Assembly: GCA_963779755.1 (NCBI GenBank)
Contig: CAVZZO010000001.1
Location: 448,001-512,000 of the forward strand
DNA: 64,000 nucleotides
DNA from: an uncultured Gemmatimonadales bacterium
GTDB taxonomy: Bacteria; Gemmatimonadota; Gemmatimonadetes; Gemmatimonadales; GWC2-71-9
Direction of reading: 5' to 3'
Positions 47,299-55,546 of this stretch are shown here, piece by piece. The notes under the pieces are model-generated. The model did not search any database. It saw only the letters and a list, made by a program, of their open reading frames with translations, and had not been told where the DNA came from. Made by a program: the position numbers and the translations under genes. Position 1 is the first letter of the stretch, and every line of letters starts with the position of its first letter.

Positions 47299-49953
47299 GT
47301 GCCCGATGCGCTGAATAACCTGCAGGTTGCCCTGGCCGACCGCTACCGCATCGAGCGGGAGCTGGGCGAAGGGGGCATGGCCACGGTCTACCTGGCCGAG
47401 GATCTGCGCCACGAGCGCCGGGTGGCCATCAAGGTGCTGCGGCCCGAACTGTCGGCCATCATCGGCGCCGAGCGCTTCATCCGGGAGATCAAGACCATCG
47501 CGGCGCTGCAGCATCCGCACATTCTGGGGCTGATCGATTCGGGCGAGATCAGCGGGACCGCCTACTACGTCATGCCCTACGTCGAGGGCGAATCCCTGCG
47601 CGACCGGCTCAACCGGGAAAAGCAGCTGCCGGTCGCGGAGGCGACCCGGATTGCCGCCGAAGTCGCCGGCGCCCTCGACTACGCCCACCGCCACGGCGTC
47701 ATTCACCGCGACATCAAGCCCGAGAACATCCTCCTCCACGACGGCCAGGCGCTGGTCGCGGATTTCGGAATCGCGCTCGCGGTGAGCAGTGCCGGCGGCA
47801 GCACCCGGATGACCGAGACGGGCATGTCGCTCGGGACCCCGACGTACATGTCGCCCGAGCAGGCGATGGGTGAACGGGAGATCGGCCCCGCCAGCGACGT
47901 CTACGCCGTGGGCTGCGTCACCTACGAGATGCTCACCGGCGATCCTCCCTTCACCGGCAGCACCGCCCAAGCGATCGTGGCGCGGGTGGTCACCGAGGCG
48001 CCGCGCTCGCTCACCTCCCAGCGGCGAACGATACCGGCCAACGTCGAAGCGGCGGTCCTCACCGCGCTGCAAAAGCTGCCGGCCGACCGGTTCGACTCCG
48101 CCAAGGCATTCGTCGAGGCACTGCAGGACCCGCACTACGGCGAGGAGCGGACGCGGGGCGCAGCGGCGTCGCGCCATGCCGACCGGCGGATAGCCGCGGG
48201 GCTGGCGCTGGCCCTGGTCGCCGCAGTCGCCTTCGGCCTGGTCCAGTGGCGCTCCGCCCACCGCGCGCGGCCGAGCCAGGTGGTCCGATTTTCGGTTCCC
48301 CTGCCGTCCGCCATCCTCGTGACCAACGCGGCGCTCGGCACCAACATGGCGATCTCCCCCGACGGGCGCACGCTGGCCTACGCCGCCGTCGGCAAGGACG
48401 GCGCGGCACGTCTCTTCATACGCCCGCTGGACGAGGCCACCGCCCACACGATCGCCGGCACCGAGGGCGCGCAGCAGCCGTCCTTCTCTCCCGACGGCCG
48501 GTGGCTGGCCTACCTGGTCGGGACCGTCATCTGGAAGGTCCAGCTCGACGGCGGCTCTCCCGTCGAGATCGGCCCGACCGCAGTGGGACCGGTGGGGCTG
48601 ACCTGGAGCAGCAGCGGGAGTCTGATCGTCGGCACCGCGGCCGGGCTGCTCGCCGTGCCGGCCACCGGTGGGACGCCGCGGATCCTCGTTCGGCCGGATA
48701 CCGCTGCGGGTGAGATCTACTTCAACCAGCCGCGGGCCCTCGCTGACGGCAATACGCTGCTGTTCGGAATCCAGCCCGCCGGAGGCCTGGCCCGCACCAA
48801 GCTCGGCATTCTGTCGCTCACGACCAACACCGTCACGCGGACCGATCTCGGACTGATCGATGCTCTCGGCATGGTGGACGGTGCGCTCGTATACGTGACT
48901 GCCGCGGGGGCGCTCACGGCCATCAGGCTCGATTTGAAGACCGGCCGGACCAGGTCCAACCCGGTGACGCTCGGTGCCAGCGTACTGACGACCATCGCGG
49001 GAGCGAGCGAAGCGGCGCTGTCTCCCGCCGGAACGCTGGTCTATCAGGCGGCCAACGCCGCCGGTGTCGTCGGATGGGTCGGTCCGCAGGACCAGTTCCA
49101 GCCGCTACTCGGTGAGCCGCAGGCATACAGCTACCCGCGGCTCTCACCCGACGGCAGCCGGATCGCCATGACGGTCGGCAGCGGCGGCCGGGCTGACGTC
49201 TGGGTGTACGACATCGCATCGGCCACGCCCACCCGCCTTACCAACTCGGGGGCGCTCAACGACCGTCCCGAGTGGACCCCGGACGGCACACGGGTGCTCT
49301 ACCGCGCCGATCGCGGCAACCGTACCGCCATCTGGTGGCAGCCGGCCGATCTGAGCGGGCCGCCGGAGACGCTGCTGGGAGACGACCGGCACAACTACTA
49401 CGAAGGTGTTATCTCCCCGGACGGCAGGACGCTGGTCTATCAGGTGGATGACGGCGGGACGAATCAGGCGGATGTGATGGCGCGGGCGATCGCCGGCGAC
49501 ACCGCCTCGCGCCCCATCGCCGCCAGTGCGTACGTCGAGGCACAGCCCCGGCTCTCCCCCGACGGCAGATGGATCGCCTATGTGACCGACGCGTCGGGAA
49601 CCTCGGAAGTCGTGGTGCAGCCGTTTCCGGGCCCCGGCCCGCGGGTCCAGGTCTCGGTGGGCGGAGGCTCCGAGCCGGTGTGGGCCCGCGACGGGCGCCG
49701 GATTTTCTATCGTGACGGGCGGCACCTCATGGCGGCCTCGGTCACCACCACGCCGAACTTTGCCGTCACCGGCCGCACGGCGCTCTTCGCGGACGCGTAC
49801 ATGTTCGCCCAGGCGCCGCACGCCAACTACGACGTGTCGCCCGACGGCAGCCGGTTTCTCATGGTGAAGAGCGCCGCGGAGACCGAGCTGTTCGTGGTCC
49901 ATGACTGGGTGAGCGAACTGAAGGCGAGGCTGAAGAGCGCCGACGCCCGATAG
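47299..49953 (+). CDS. Ser/Thr kinase + TM + beta-propeller
   Basis: GAGGAGG RBS; kinase motifs; TM IAAGLALALVAAVAFGLV; propeller repeats. Confidence 0.92.
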   Translation: MPDALNNLQVALADRYRIERELGEGGMATVYLAEDLRHERRVAIKVLRPELSAIIGAERFIREIKTIAALQHPHILGLIDSGEISGTAYYVMPYVEGESLRDRLNREKQLPVAEATRIAAEVAGALDYAHRHGVIHRDIKPENILLHDGQALVADFGIALAVSSAGGSTRMTETGMSLGTPTYMSPEQAMGEREIGPASDVYAVGCVTYEMLTGDPPFTGSTAQAIVARVVTEAPRSLTSQRRTIPANVEAAVLTALQKLPADRFDSAKAFVEALQDPHYGEERTRGAAASRHADRRIAAGLALALVAAVAFGLVQWRSAHRARPSQVVRFSVPLPSAILVTNAALGTNMAISPDGRTLAYAAVGKDGAARLFIRPLDEATAHTIAGTEGAQQPSFSPDGRWLAYLVGTVIWKVQLDGGSPVEIGPTAVGPVGLTWSSSGSLIVGTAAGLLAVPATGGTPRILVRPDTAAGEIYFNQPRALADGNTLLFGIQPAGGLARTKLGILSLTTNTVTRTDLGLIDALGMVDGALVYVTAAGALTAIRLDLKTGRTRSNPVTLGASVLTTIAGASEAALSPAGTLVYQAANAAGVVGWVGPQDQFQPLLGEPQAYSYPRLSPDGSRIAMTVGSGGRADVWVYDIASATPTRLTNSGALNDRPEWTPDGTRVLYRADRGNRTAIWWQPADLSGPPETLLGDDRHNYYEGVISPDGRTLVYQVDDGGTNQADVMARAIAGDTASRPIAASAYVEAQPRLSPDGRWIAYVTDASGTSEVVVQPFPGPGPRVQVSVGGGSEPVWARDGRRIFYRDGRHLMAASVTTTPNFAVTGRTALFADAYMFAQAPHANYDVSPDGSRFLMVKSAAETELFVVHDWVSELKARLKSADAR

Positions 49954-50156
49954 CCCAGCGCCGCCACGCTGATCGACTCTGGCCCCTCGGTCTTGATCTC
50001 CCGGGTTCGGGAACGGTCGCTCTGACCAGGCCCGTCGTCCTTCCGCCAGTCACCCTCGACGAACTTCCCAGGCAGAGGCCCCCCGGCGGGGATTGCAGCC
50101 CAGACGGGTCCCGGCATCGCGAGTGCCGGTGTGCGCACCTGGGCTCCGGAGGGTTG

Positions 50157-50795
50157 TCAGCCGCCGCCCGAGAGCCCGGACAGGATGATGTCGAGCCCAC
50201 AGCGGAACTCCTCCTCGGCGTCACTGGTCGCCGCGGCGTTCGCGATCTCGATCAGGTTCGGGTACCGATCGGCCGGCAGAGCTCGAAAGCGGTCGATGAC
50301 CTCCTGCGGCTGTTCGCCCGCCTGCAGCGAGAGGGGACCGGCGAGCTCGGCCTGAGCCAGCCCGGCAATGAACCCGGAGACGGCGCGGAACGCGATCAGC
50401 AGCCTCTCACCGGAGCGCCCGCTCCGGGCGAGTCCCCGGAGCAATGCCTCACTCAGGTCGGCCATGGCGCGTGACCGGCTTCGCCGGGTGAGGATCAGCG
50501 GGACAACGTGAGGGTGCGCGCGAACCGAACGCCAGATGGCCGTGGCAACCGCACGCACTTCCTCACGCCAATCCTCGTGTGGCTCTGGCGCCCAGCGAGC
50601 CTCGGACATCACCGCATCGATCACCAGAGCGTCGAGCTCGGCCCGGTCCGCGACGTGATTGTAGAGCGTCATGGCACCGGTCCCGAGCGCAGCCGCCAGC
50701 GAACGCATCGATAACCCGGCGAGCCCGTGCTCGTCGACCAGGGCCAGGGCGGCCGTTTGCAGCTGCTCTCTCGAGATCTTCGCTGGTCGTCCCAT
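50157..50795 (-). CDS. TetR-family transcriptional regulator
   Basis: MGRPAKISREQL...GLAGLSMRSLAAALGTGAMTLYNHV HTH; TetR_C-like tail EEFRCGLDIILSGL. Confidence 0.92.
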   Translation of the reverse strand: MGRPAKISREQLQTAALALVDEHGLAGLSMRSLAAALGTGAMTLYNHVADRAELDALVIDAVMSEARWAPEPHEDWREEVRAVATAIWRSVRAHPHVVPLILTRRSRSRAMADLSEALLRGLARSGRSGERLLIAFRAVSGFIAGLAQAELAGPLSLQAGEQPQEVIDRFRALPADRYPNLIEIANAAATSDAEEEFRCGLDIILSGLSGGG

Positions 50796-50889
50796 GGTTT
50801 CCTTGACACGGGAGGAGGGTATGTTGTACAATAACGTACGGTGTACGTAAATCCCATGATCCGCCCGGCCGGGTGACCTGGAGGCACAG

Positions 50890-51402
50890 ATGGCTGATCA
50901 CATATCCCTCGCGGAACGGTACCGGGCAGCCTACTACGGCGGAGATTTCGAGTCTCTCCGTGGGCTGCTCAGCGACGATTTCACCTTCGCCGGGCCGGCC
51001 GCCAGTTATCGCGGCATCGAAACGTACCTGAAGGCGTCCGATCATGTGGCGCGGATGGTCAAATCGGTGGAATCCGAAAGAGTCTTTGCCGCAGGGAATG
51101 AGGTCTGCGCCATTCTGACGCTCGTGCTCGATCACAAGGTCGAGCGCCTGCAGACGGCGGAGTGGTACCGCTTCGAGGGTGACCGAATCGCCTCGATCCA
51201 GACGATTTTCGACACCGGCCCTTTCGTGCGCAGCTCAGCGGAGGGCGCGCGTACCGCCATCGATCCGGTCTGTCGCATGAGCGTCGACAAGAACGCACCG
51301 GCGGCCACGCGGGCGCACGGCGGCAAAGCCTACTGCTTCTGCAGTGAGGGGTGCGCCATTGCCTTCCAGCAAGATCCCCGCAAGTACATCGCAAACCCAT
51401 GA
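50890..51402 (+). CDS. SnoaL/NTF2-like domain + YHS domain protein
   Basis: GDFESLRGLLSDDFTF...EWYRFEGDRIASI; YHS-like DPVCRMSV...YCFCSEGC...DPRKY; GGAGG RBS. Confidence 0.82.
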   Translation: MADHISLAERYRAAYYGGDFESLRGLLSDDFTFAGPAASYRGIETYLKASDHVARMVKSVESERVFAAGNEVCAILTLVLDHKVERLQTAEWYRFEGDRIASIQTIFDTGPFVRSSAEGARTAIDPVCRMSVDKNAPAATRAHGGKAYCFCSEGCAIAFQQDPRKYIANP

Positions 51403-51492
51403 GGATCGCCGTCATCGAGGAAGCCCGTCGCGTGGCCGCAAGGGCGACGCGCGCAGGGCCCCTTCATCACGCCGTCGGGAGGAACCGAAATA

Positions 51493-51921
51493 ATGAATGC
51501 AATCTCCACCGCAGCGCTGTGGCTCGTGCGCGTCTCCGGAGCCGCCCAGGTGACACTCGGCTTGCTGTTCTGGACCCATCGGGCGCTCACGCTCGTGTCG
51601 GTGCACATGATCATCGGGCTCGCCTTCGTGGCGGGGGTCTGGGTGCTGGCGGGAGTGGCCGCGTGGGCCGGCGCCGGGGCGGGGCCCGCGCTGTTCGGCG
51701 CGGTCTGGGGCATCGCCGTTCTCGTGTTGGGGATGACGCAGCGCACCCTTCTCCCCGGCCGCGCGCACTGGCTGATCCAGGTGCTGCACCTCGCGCTGGG
51801 CCTCGGCGCGATGGTGCTGGCGAACTGGCTTGCCGCCCGGACCAGAACGCGACGGAACTCCTCGCTGTCCTCGTATCCCCAACCGGCGGCCTCGAACGAT
51901 GGGTCGCTGACTGCATCCTGA
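51493..51921 (+). CDS. Small integral membrane protein (about 4 TM)
   Basis: Hydrophobic helices with intramembrane His; GGAGG RBS upstream. Confidence 0.7.
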   Translation: MNAISTAALWLVRVSGAAQVTLGLLFWTHRALTLVSVHMIIGLAFVAGVWVLAGVAAWAGAGAGPALFGAVWGIAVLVLGMTQRTLLPGRAHWLIQVLHLALGLGAMVLANWLAARTRTRRNSSLSSYPQPAASNDGSLTAS

Positions 51922-51942
51922 CCCTTTCAACGATATAGAACC

Positions 51943-52455
51943 ATGCCCAGTGCATCTTCACCGAGCCGGAGAGCCACCGCGTCGGACATTACCCGCCAGG
52001 CGCTCTTCGCTCTGTTCCTCACCAGCGCTCATCATGCGTATGGCGCCTACCTCTACCACACGCCGTGGCGCTACCACGTGCTGCTGATCGCGGCCCCGGC
52101 GGCGCTCGTGATCGTCGGATCGCAAGCGGTCATCCGCTCCGATCCGACCAGTCCCAGGGCCACCGTCGCGCGGGGGGTCTTCGCGCTCACGACTCTGGCG
52201 CTCCCCGTGATCGCGTTCGGTGCGTTCGAGGGGTTCTACAACCACGTCATGAAGAACGTGCTCTACTTCTCCGGCGTGTCCGCAGCCGTGATGGCGCGAC
52301 TGTTCCCGCCGCCCATGTACGAGATGCCCAACAACCTTGTCTTCGAGATCACCGGAGTACTGCAGGTAGTGCCCGCCGTGCTGATCGTCGAACGATTCGT
52401 CCGCATGCGCCGGGCGCGCCGCCCTTCGACGGCAACGGGTGCGGCCGCGCGCTGA
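51943..52455 (+). CDS. Integral membrane protein, hypothetical
   Basis: About four hydrophobic segments; HHAYG and YNH motifs. Confidence 0.7.
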   Translation: MPSASSPSRRATASDITRQALFALFLTSAHHAYGAYLYHTPWRYHVLLIAAPAALVIVGSQAVIRSDPTSPRATVARGVFALTTLALPVIAFGAFEGFYNHVMKNVLYFSGVSAAVMARLFPPPMYEMPNNLVFEITGVLQVVPAVLIVERFVRMRRARRPSTATGAAAR

Positions 52456-52571
52456 CGGTGCTCGGACTGCCCCGGAGACTCCCGGGCGGTGGGTCATCCG
52501 CCGCCCCGAACCGGCCCCGCCCTTCCAGACTCTCGCCACGGACCCTACCTTTCAGACGCTCCCCTTTCCTT

Positions 52572-52605
52572 AGATAGACGCGCAATTCAGATAGACGCGC
52601 AATTC
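52572..52605. repeat. 17-bp perfect tandem duplication AGATAGACGCGCAATTC x2
   Basis: Seen directly. Confidence 0.85.
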
Positions 52606-52754
52606 CGCGTTGCCGGTCGTCCGTACCTGTCCACCCCGGAGGGGCTTTGGCTCAGGTCCCAGGAGGATTCGCCGCCACCCTGGCCTCGGCTGGTCGCATC
52701 CTCGATCCGATTGTCTCGGCGGCTGGCGCCGCCCTGCACTGAGCAATGCTGGTT

Positions 52755-52770
52755 CTGACCGCCTGACCGC
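52755..52770. repeat. (CTGACCGC)x2 abutting the RBS CTGAGGAG
   Basis: Same unit and context as 44391-44430. Confidence 0.8.
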
Positions 52771-52783
52771 CTGAGGAGGATCC

Positions 52784-55456
52784 GTGGCCGACGTCCTGAC
52801 CATTCTCCAGTCCGCCCTGGCCGACCGCTATCGCGTGGAGCGGGAGCTGGGCGAAGGCGGCATGGCCACGGTCTATCTGGCCGAGGATCTGAAGCATGGC
52901 CGCAACGTGGCCATCAAGGTCCTCCGGCCGGAGCTGGCGGCGGTGATCGGGGCCGAGCGGTTCGTGCGGGAGATTCGCACCATCGCGGCCCTGCAGCATC
53001 CGCACATACTGGGGCTGATTGACTCGGGCGAGGTCACCGGGACTGCCTACTACGTCATGCCTTTCGTGGAGGGCGAATCCCTGCGCGACCGGCTGAACCG
53101 CGAGAAGCAGTTGCCGGTGGCGGACGCGGTGCGGATCGCCACCGAAGTGGCGGGGGCCCTGGACTATGCTCACCGTCACGGGATCATCCACCGGGATATC
53201 AAGCCCGAGAACGTGATGCTGCACGACGGCAGCGCACTGGTGGCGGATTTCGGGATCGCGCTGGCGGTCAGCAGCGCCGGCGGCGGCACCCGGATGACCG
53301 AGACGGGAATGAGCCTGGGGACGCCGCACTACATGAGTCCCGAGCAGGCCATGGGGGAGCGGGAGATCACCGCCCGGAGCGACGTGTACGCCCTGGGGGC
53401 GATGACCTACGAGATGCTGGTGGGCGATCCGCCGTTCACGGGGAGCACGGCGCAGGCCATCGTGGCCCAGGTGGTGACGGAGTCGCCCCGCCCGATGCTG
53501 CCGCAGCGGCATACGATTCCGCCCCAGGTGGAGGCGGCAGTGCTGACGGCGCTGGAGAAGCTCCCGGCCGACCGCTTCGCCACCGCCGCCGAGTTCGCCG
53601 AGGCGCTGGCCAGTCCGGGATATCGCACGGTAGCGGTCGCGGCCCCGGGGGCCTCTACCGCCGTACCGCCATACCGCCGTACCGCCCTGTTGGTTGGTGC
53701 GCTGGCCCTTGTCGGAGGCCTTGCCGCGTGGGGCTGGCTCCGGGCGGAGCAGGCGTCTCGCCGGGTGCCCAGCTGGCAATACATCAGCCTGGGCGACAGT
53801 GCAGCGCTGACGACGAACGGGCGCGCCATGACGATCACCCCCGACGGCAATACCCTCGTCTTCAAGGACGACCGCCAGAATGGTCTTCTGTGGGTCAAGC
53901 GACGGGGCCTGCTGGATCCGGTGGCGATTCCGGGAACCGAGCGGGCTCAGGACCCGGTCTTCTCTCCCGACGGGCAATGGGTCGCGTTCGTGGCCGATGG
54001 CCGGCTGAAGAAGATCCGGCTCTCCGGCGGCGCCGCCGTCACCCTGGCGGATACCGTCGCCGGCCCCTACGGCGGCGCGACGTGGCTGGATGACGGGACG
54101 CTGATCTACGTGTCCCGCCATCTCAACGAGCTGCGGCGGGTAAAGGAATCCGGCGGTGGCAGCAGTCTCGCGCTGCAGGATTCCACCCTTATCGGGGGTG
54201 GCATCGGGTTCCCGGTGGCGCTGCCCGGCGCACGGGGTGTGCTGTTCCAGTATTGCGGCTCGGGCTGTGTAACCATGGCGATGCATGTGCTGGATCTGCG
54301 TACCGGCCGGCAGAGGTTGCTGCTGGATGAGGTGGCCCAGGCCTGGTACCAGGCCGGCCGGCTGTTCTACGTTCGCCGGGACGGCGCGGTGATGGCTGCT
54401 CCATTCAGCCTGAAGACACTGGAGCTCACCGGAGAGGCGGCGCCGGTCCTGGAAGATGTGTCCGTCCAGCAACTGAACGGACTGGCCCAGATCGCCTGGT
54501 CCGGCGCCGGTACGCTGGTCTATGTGCGGGGAAGCGAGGCCTCGGCCGACAACATGATAGCCCGGGTCAGCCGTACCGGAATCAGCACCGTCGCGGACAG
54601 CGCCTGGTACGGTCCGTTCAATTCGATCGCCCTCTCGCCGGACGGGCGCCGGCTGGCGGTAGGCGCCAGCGCCGGGGGGGGCCTCAATATCTGGATCAAG
54701 CAGCTCGACCGCGGCAATTTCGTCCGTCTGAGCTTCGGCAATTCCGATCGGCGCCCGGTCTGGTCTCCCGACGGCAAGGTGGTCGCCTTCATCCGCGACA
54801 GCGGCAGCACCAACGCAGTCTATGCCCGCCCGGTGGACGGCAGCGGCCCCGACCGCCGCCTGGCGCAGATTGACCGGCAGGTGCAGGAGGTCTCCTGGAC
54901 CGCGGACGGCCAGTGGCTGGTGCTGCGCACCGATAACGGCACCGCGGGGGCCGGCGATCTGGTCGGGGTCCGGACGAGCGGCGACACGACGCCAGTGCCG
55001 CTCGTGTCCTCCAGCTTTACGGAGCTCATGCCGGAGGTGTCCCCGGACGGTCGCTGGCTGGCGTACTCCTCCGACGAGTCGGGCAGGAACGAGGTGTACG
55101 TCCGGCCGTTTCCCCAAACCTCCGGCGGACGCTGGCAGGTCTCGAATGGCGGGGGCGCTGAACCCAGATGGTCGGGCGACGGCCGCGAGCTGTTCTATAT
55201 CAGTATTCCGGAACAGGAACTCGTCGCGGTCCCCGTGGGCCCGGGCCCCTCCTTCTCCGCCGGCGAGCCGCGGCCCTTGTTCAACACCCGGGGCTACAGC
55301 AGCGATGGAGGGTTCCACCAGTCCTATGCGGTGGCTCCGGACGGCCAGAGCTTCTACTTCCGCATGCCGCGCCTGGCCGCGGCTTCGGGCGACGCGATCC
55401 GGATCGTCTGGGTGGACCACTGGCTACAGGAGTTGAAGCAGCGGCTGAAACGGTGA
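52784..55456 (+). CDS. Ser/Thr kinase + TM + beta-propeller
   Basis: Kinase motifs; TM ALLVGALALVGGLAAWGWL; propeller repeats. Confidence 0.92.
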   Translation: MADVLTILQSALADRYRVERELGEGGMATVYLAEDLKHGRNVAIKVLRPELAAVIGAERFVREIRTIAALQHPHILGLIDSGEVTGTAYYVMPFVEGESLRDRLNREKQLPVADAVRIATEVAGALDYAHRHGIIHRDIKPENVMLHDGSALVADFGIALAVSSAGGGTRMTETGMSLGTPHYMSPEQAMGEREITARSDVYALGAMTYEMLVGDPPFTGSTAQAIVAQVVTESPRPMLPQRHTIPPQVEAAVLTALEKLPADRFATAAEFAEALASPGYRTVAVAAPGASTAVPPYRRTALLVGALALVGGLAAWGWLRAEQASRRVPSWQYISLGDSAALTTNGRAMTITPDGNTLVFKDDRQNGLLWVKRRGLLDPVAIPGTERAQDPVFSPDGQWVAFVADGRLKKIRLSGGAAVTLADTVAGPYGGATWLDDGTLIYVSRHLNELRRVKESGGGSSLALQDSTLIGGGIGFPVALPGARGVLFQYCGSGCVTMAMHVLDLRTGRQRLLLDEVAQAWYQAGRLFYVRRDGAVMAAPFSLKTLELTGEAAPVLEDVSVQQLNGLAQIAWSGAGTLVYVRGSEASADNMIARVSRTGISTVADSAWYGPFNSIALSPDGRRLAVGASAGGGLNIWIKQLDRGNFVRLSFGNSDRRPVWSPDGKVVAFIRDSGSTNAVYARPVDGSGPDRRLAQIDRQVQEVSWTADGQWLVLRTDNGTAGAGDLVGVRTSGDTTPVPLVSSSFTELMPEVSPDGRWLAYSSDESGRNEVYVRPFPQTSGGRWQVSNGGGAEPRWSGDGRELFYISIPEQELVAVPVGPGPSFSAGEPRPLFNTRGYSSDGGFHQSYAVAPDGQSFYFRMPRLAAASGDAIRIVWVDHWLQELKQRLKR
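53657..53686. repeat. ACCGCCRT octamer repeat inside the juxtamembrane linker
   Basis: accgccgt accgccat accgccgt accgcc encodes TAVPPYRRTA; same unit as 47243. Confidence 0.8.
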
Positions 55457-55459
55457 ACC

Positions 55460-55540
55460 CGACCCTCTCGACCCTCTCGACCCTCTCGACCACCCAAACA
55501 GGTCGAGGGGGTCTAGGGGGTCGAGGAAGTCGAAAGGGAG
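55460..55540. repeat. Inverted pair of 9-mer tandem arrays forming a long hairpin
   Basis: (CGACCCTCT)x3 CGACC, then a loop, then GGTCG AGGGGGTCT AGGGGGTCG AGGAAGTCG AAAGGGAG. Confidence 0.8.
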
Positions 55541-55546
55541 CGCTAC

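Noticed and set aside
49954..50150. Possible gene fragment between kinase 47299 and TetR
   Set aside because: Minus-strand text such as KFVEGDWRKDDG looks protein-like, but I cannot assign it to any family.
21488..52605. Integron-like cassette array or dedicated shufflon
   Set aside because: No integrase or recombinase gene, and no recognisable attC or repeated inversion sites in the window.
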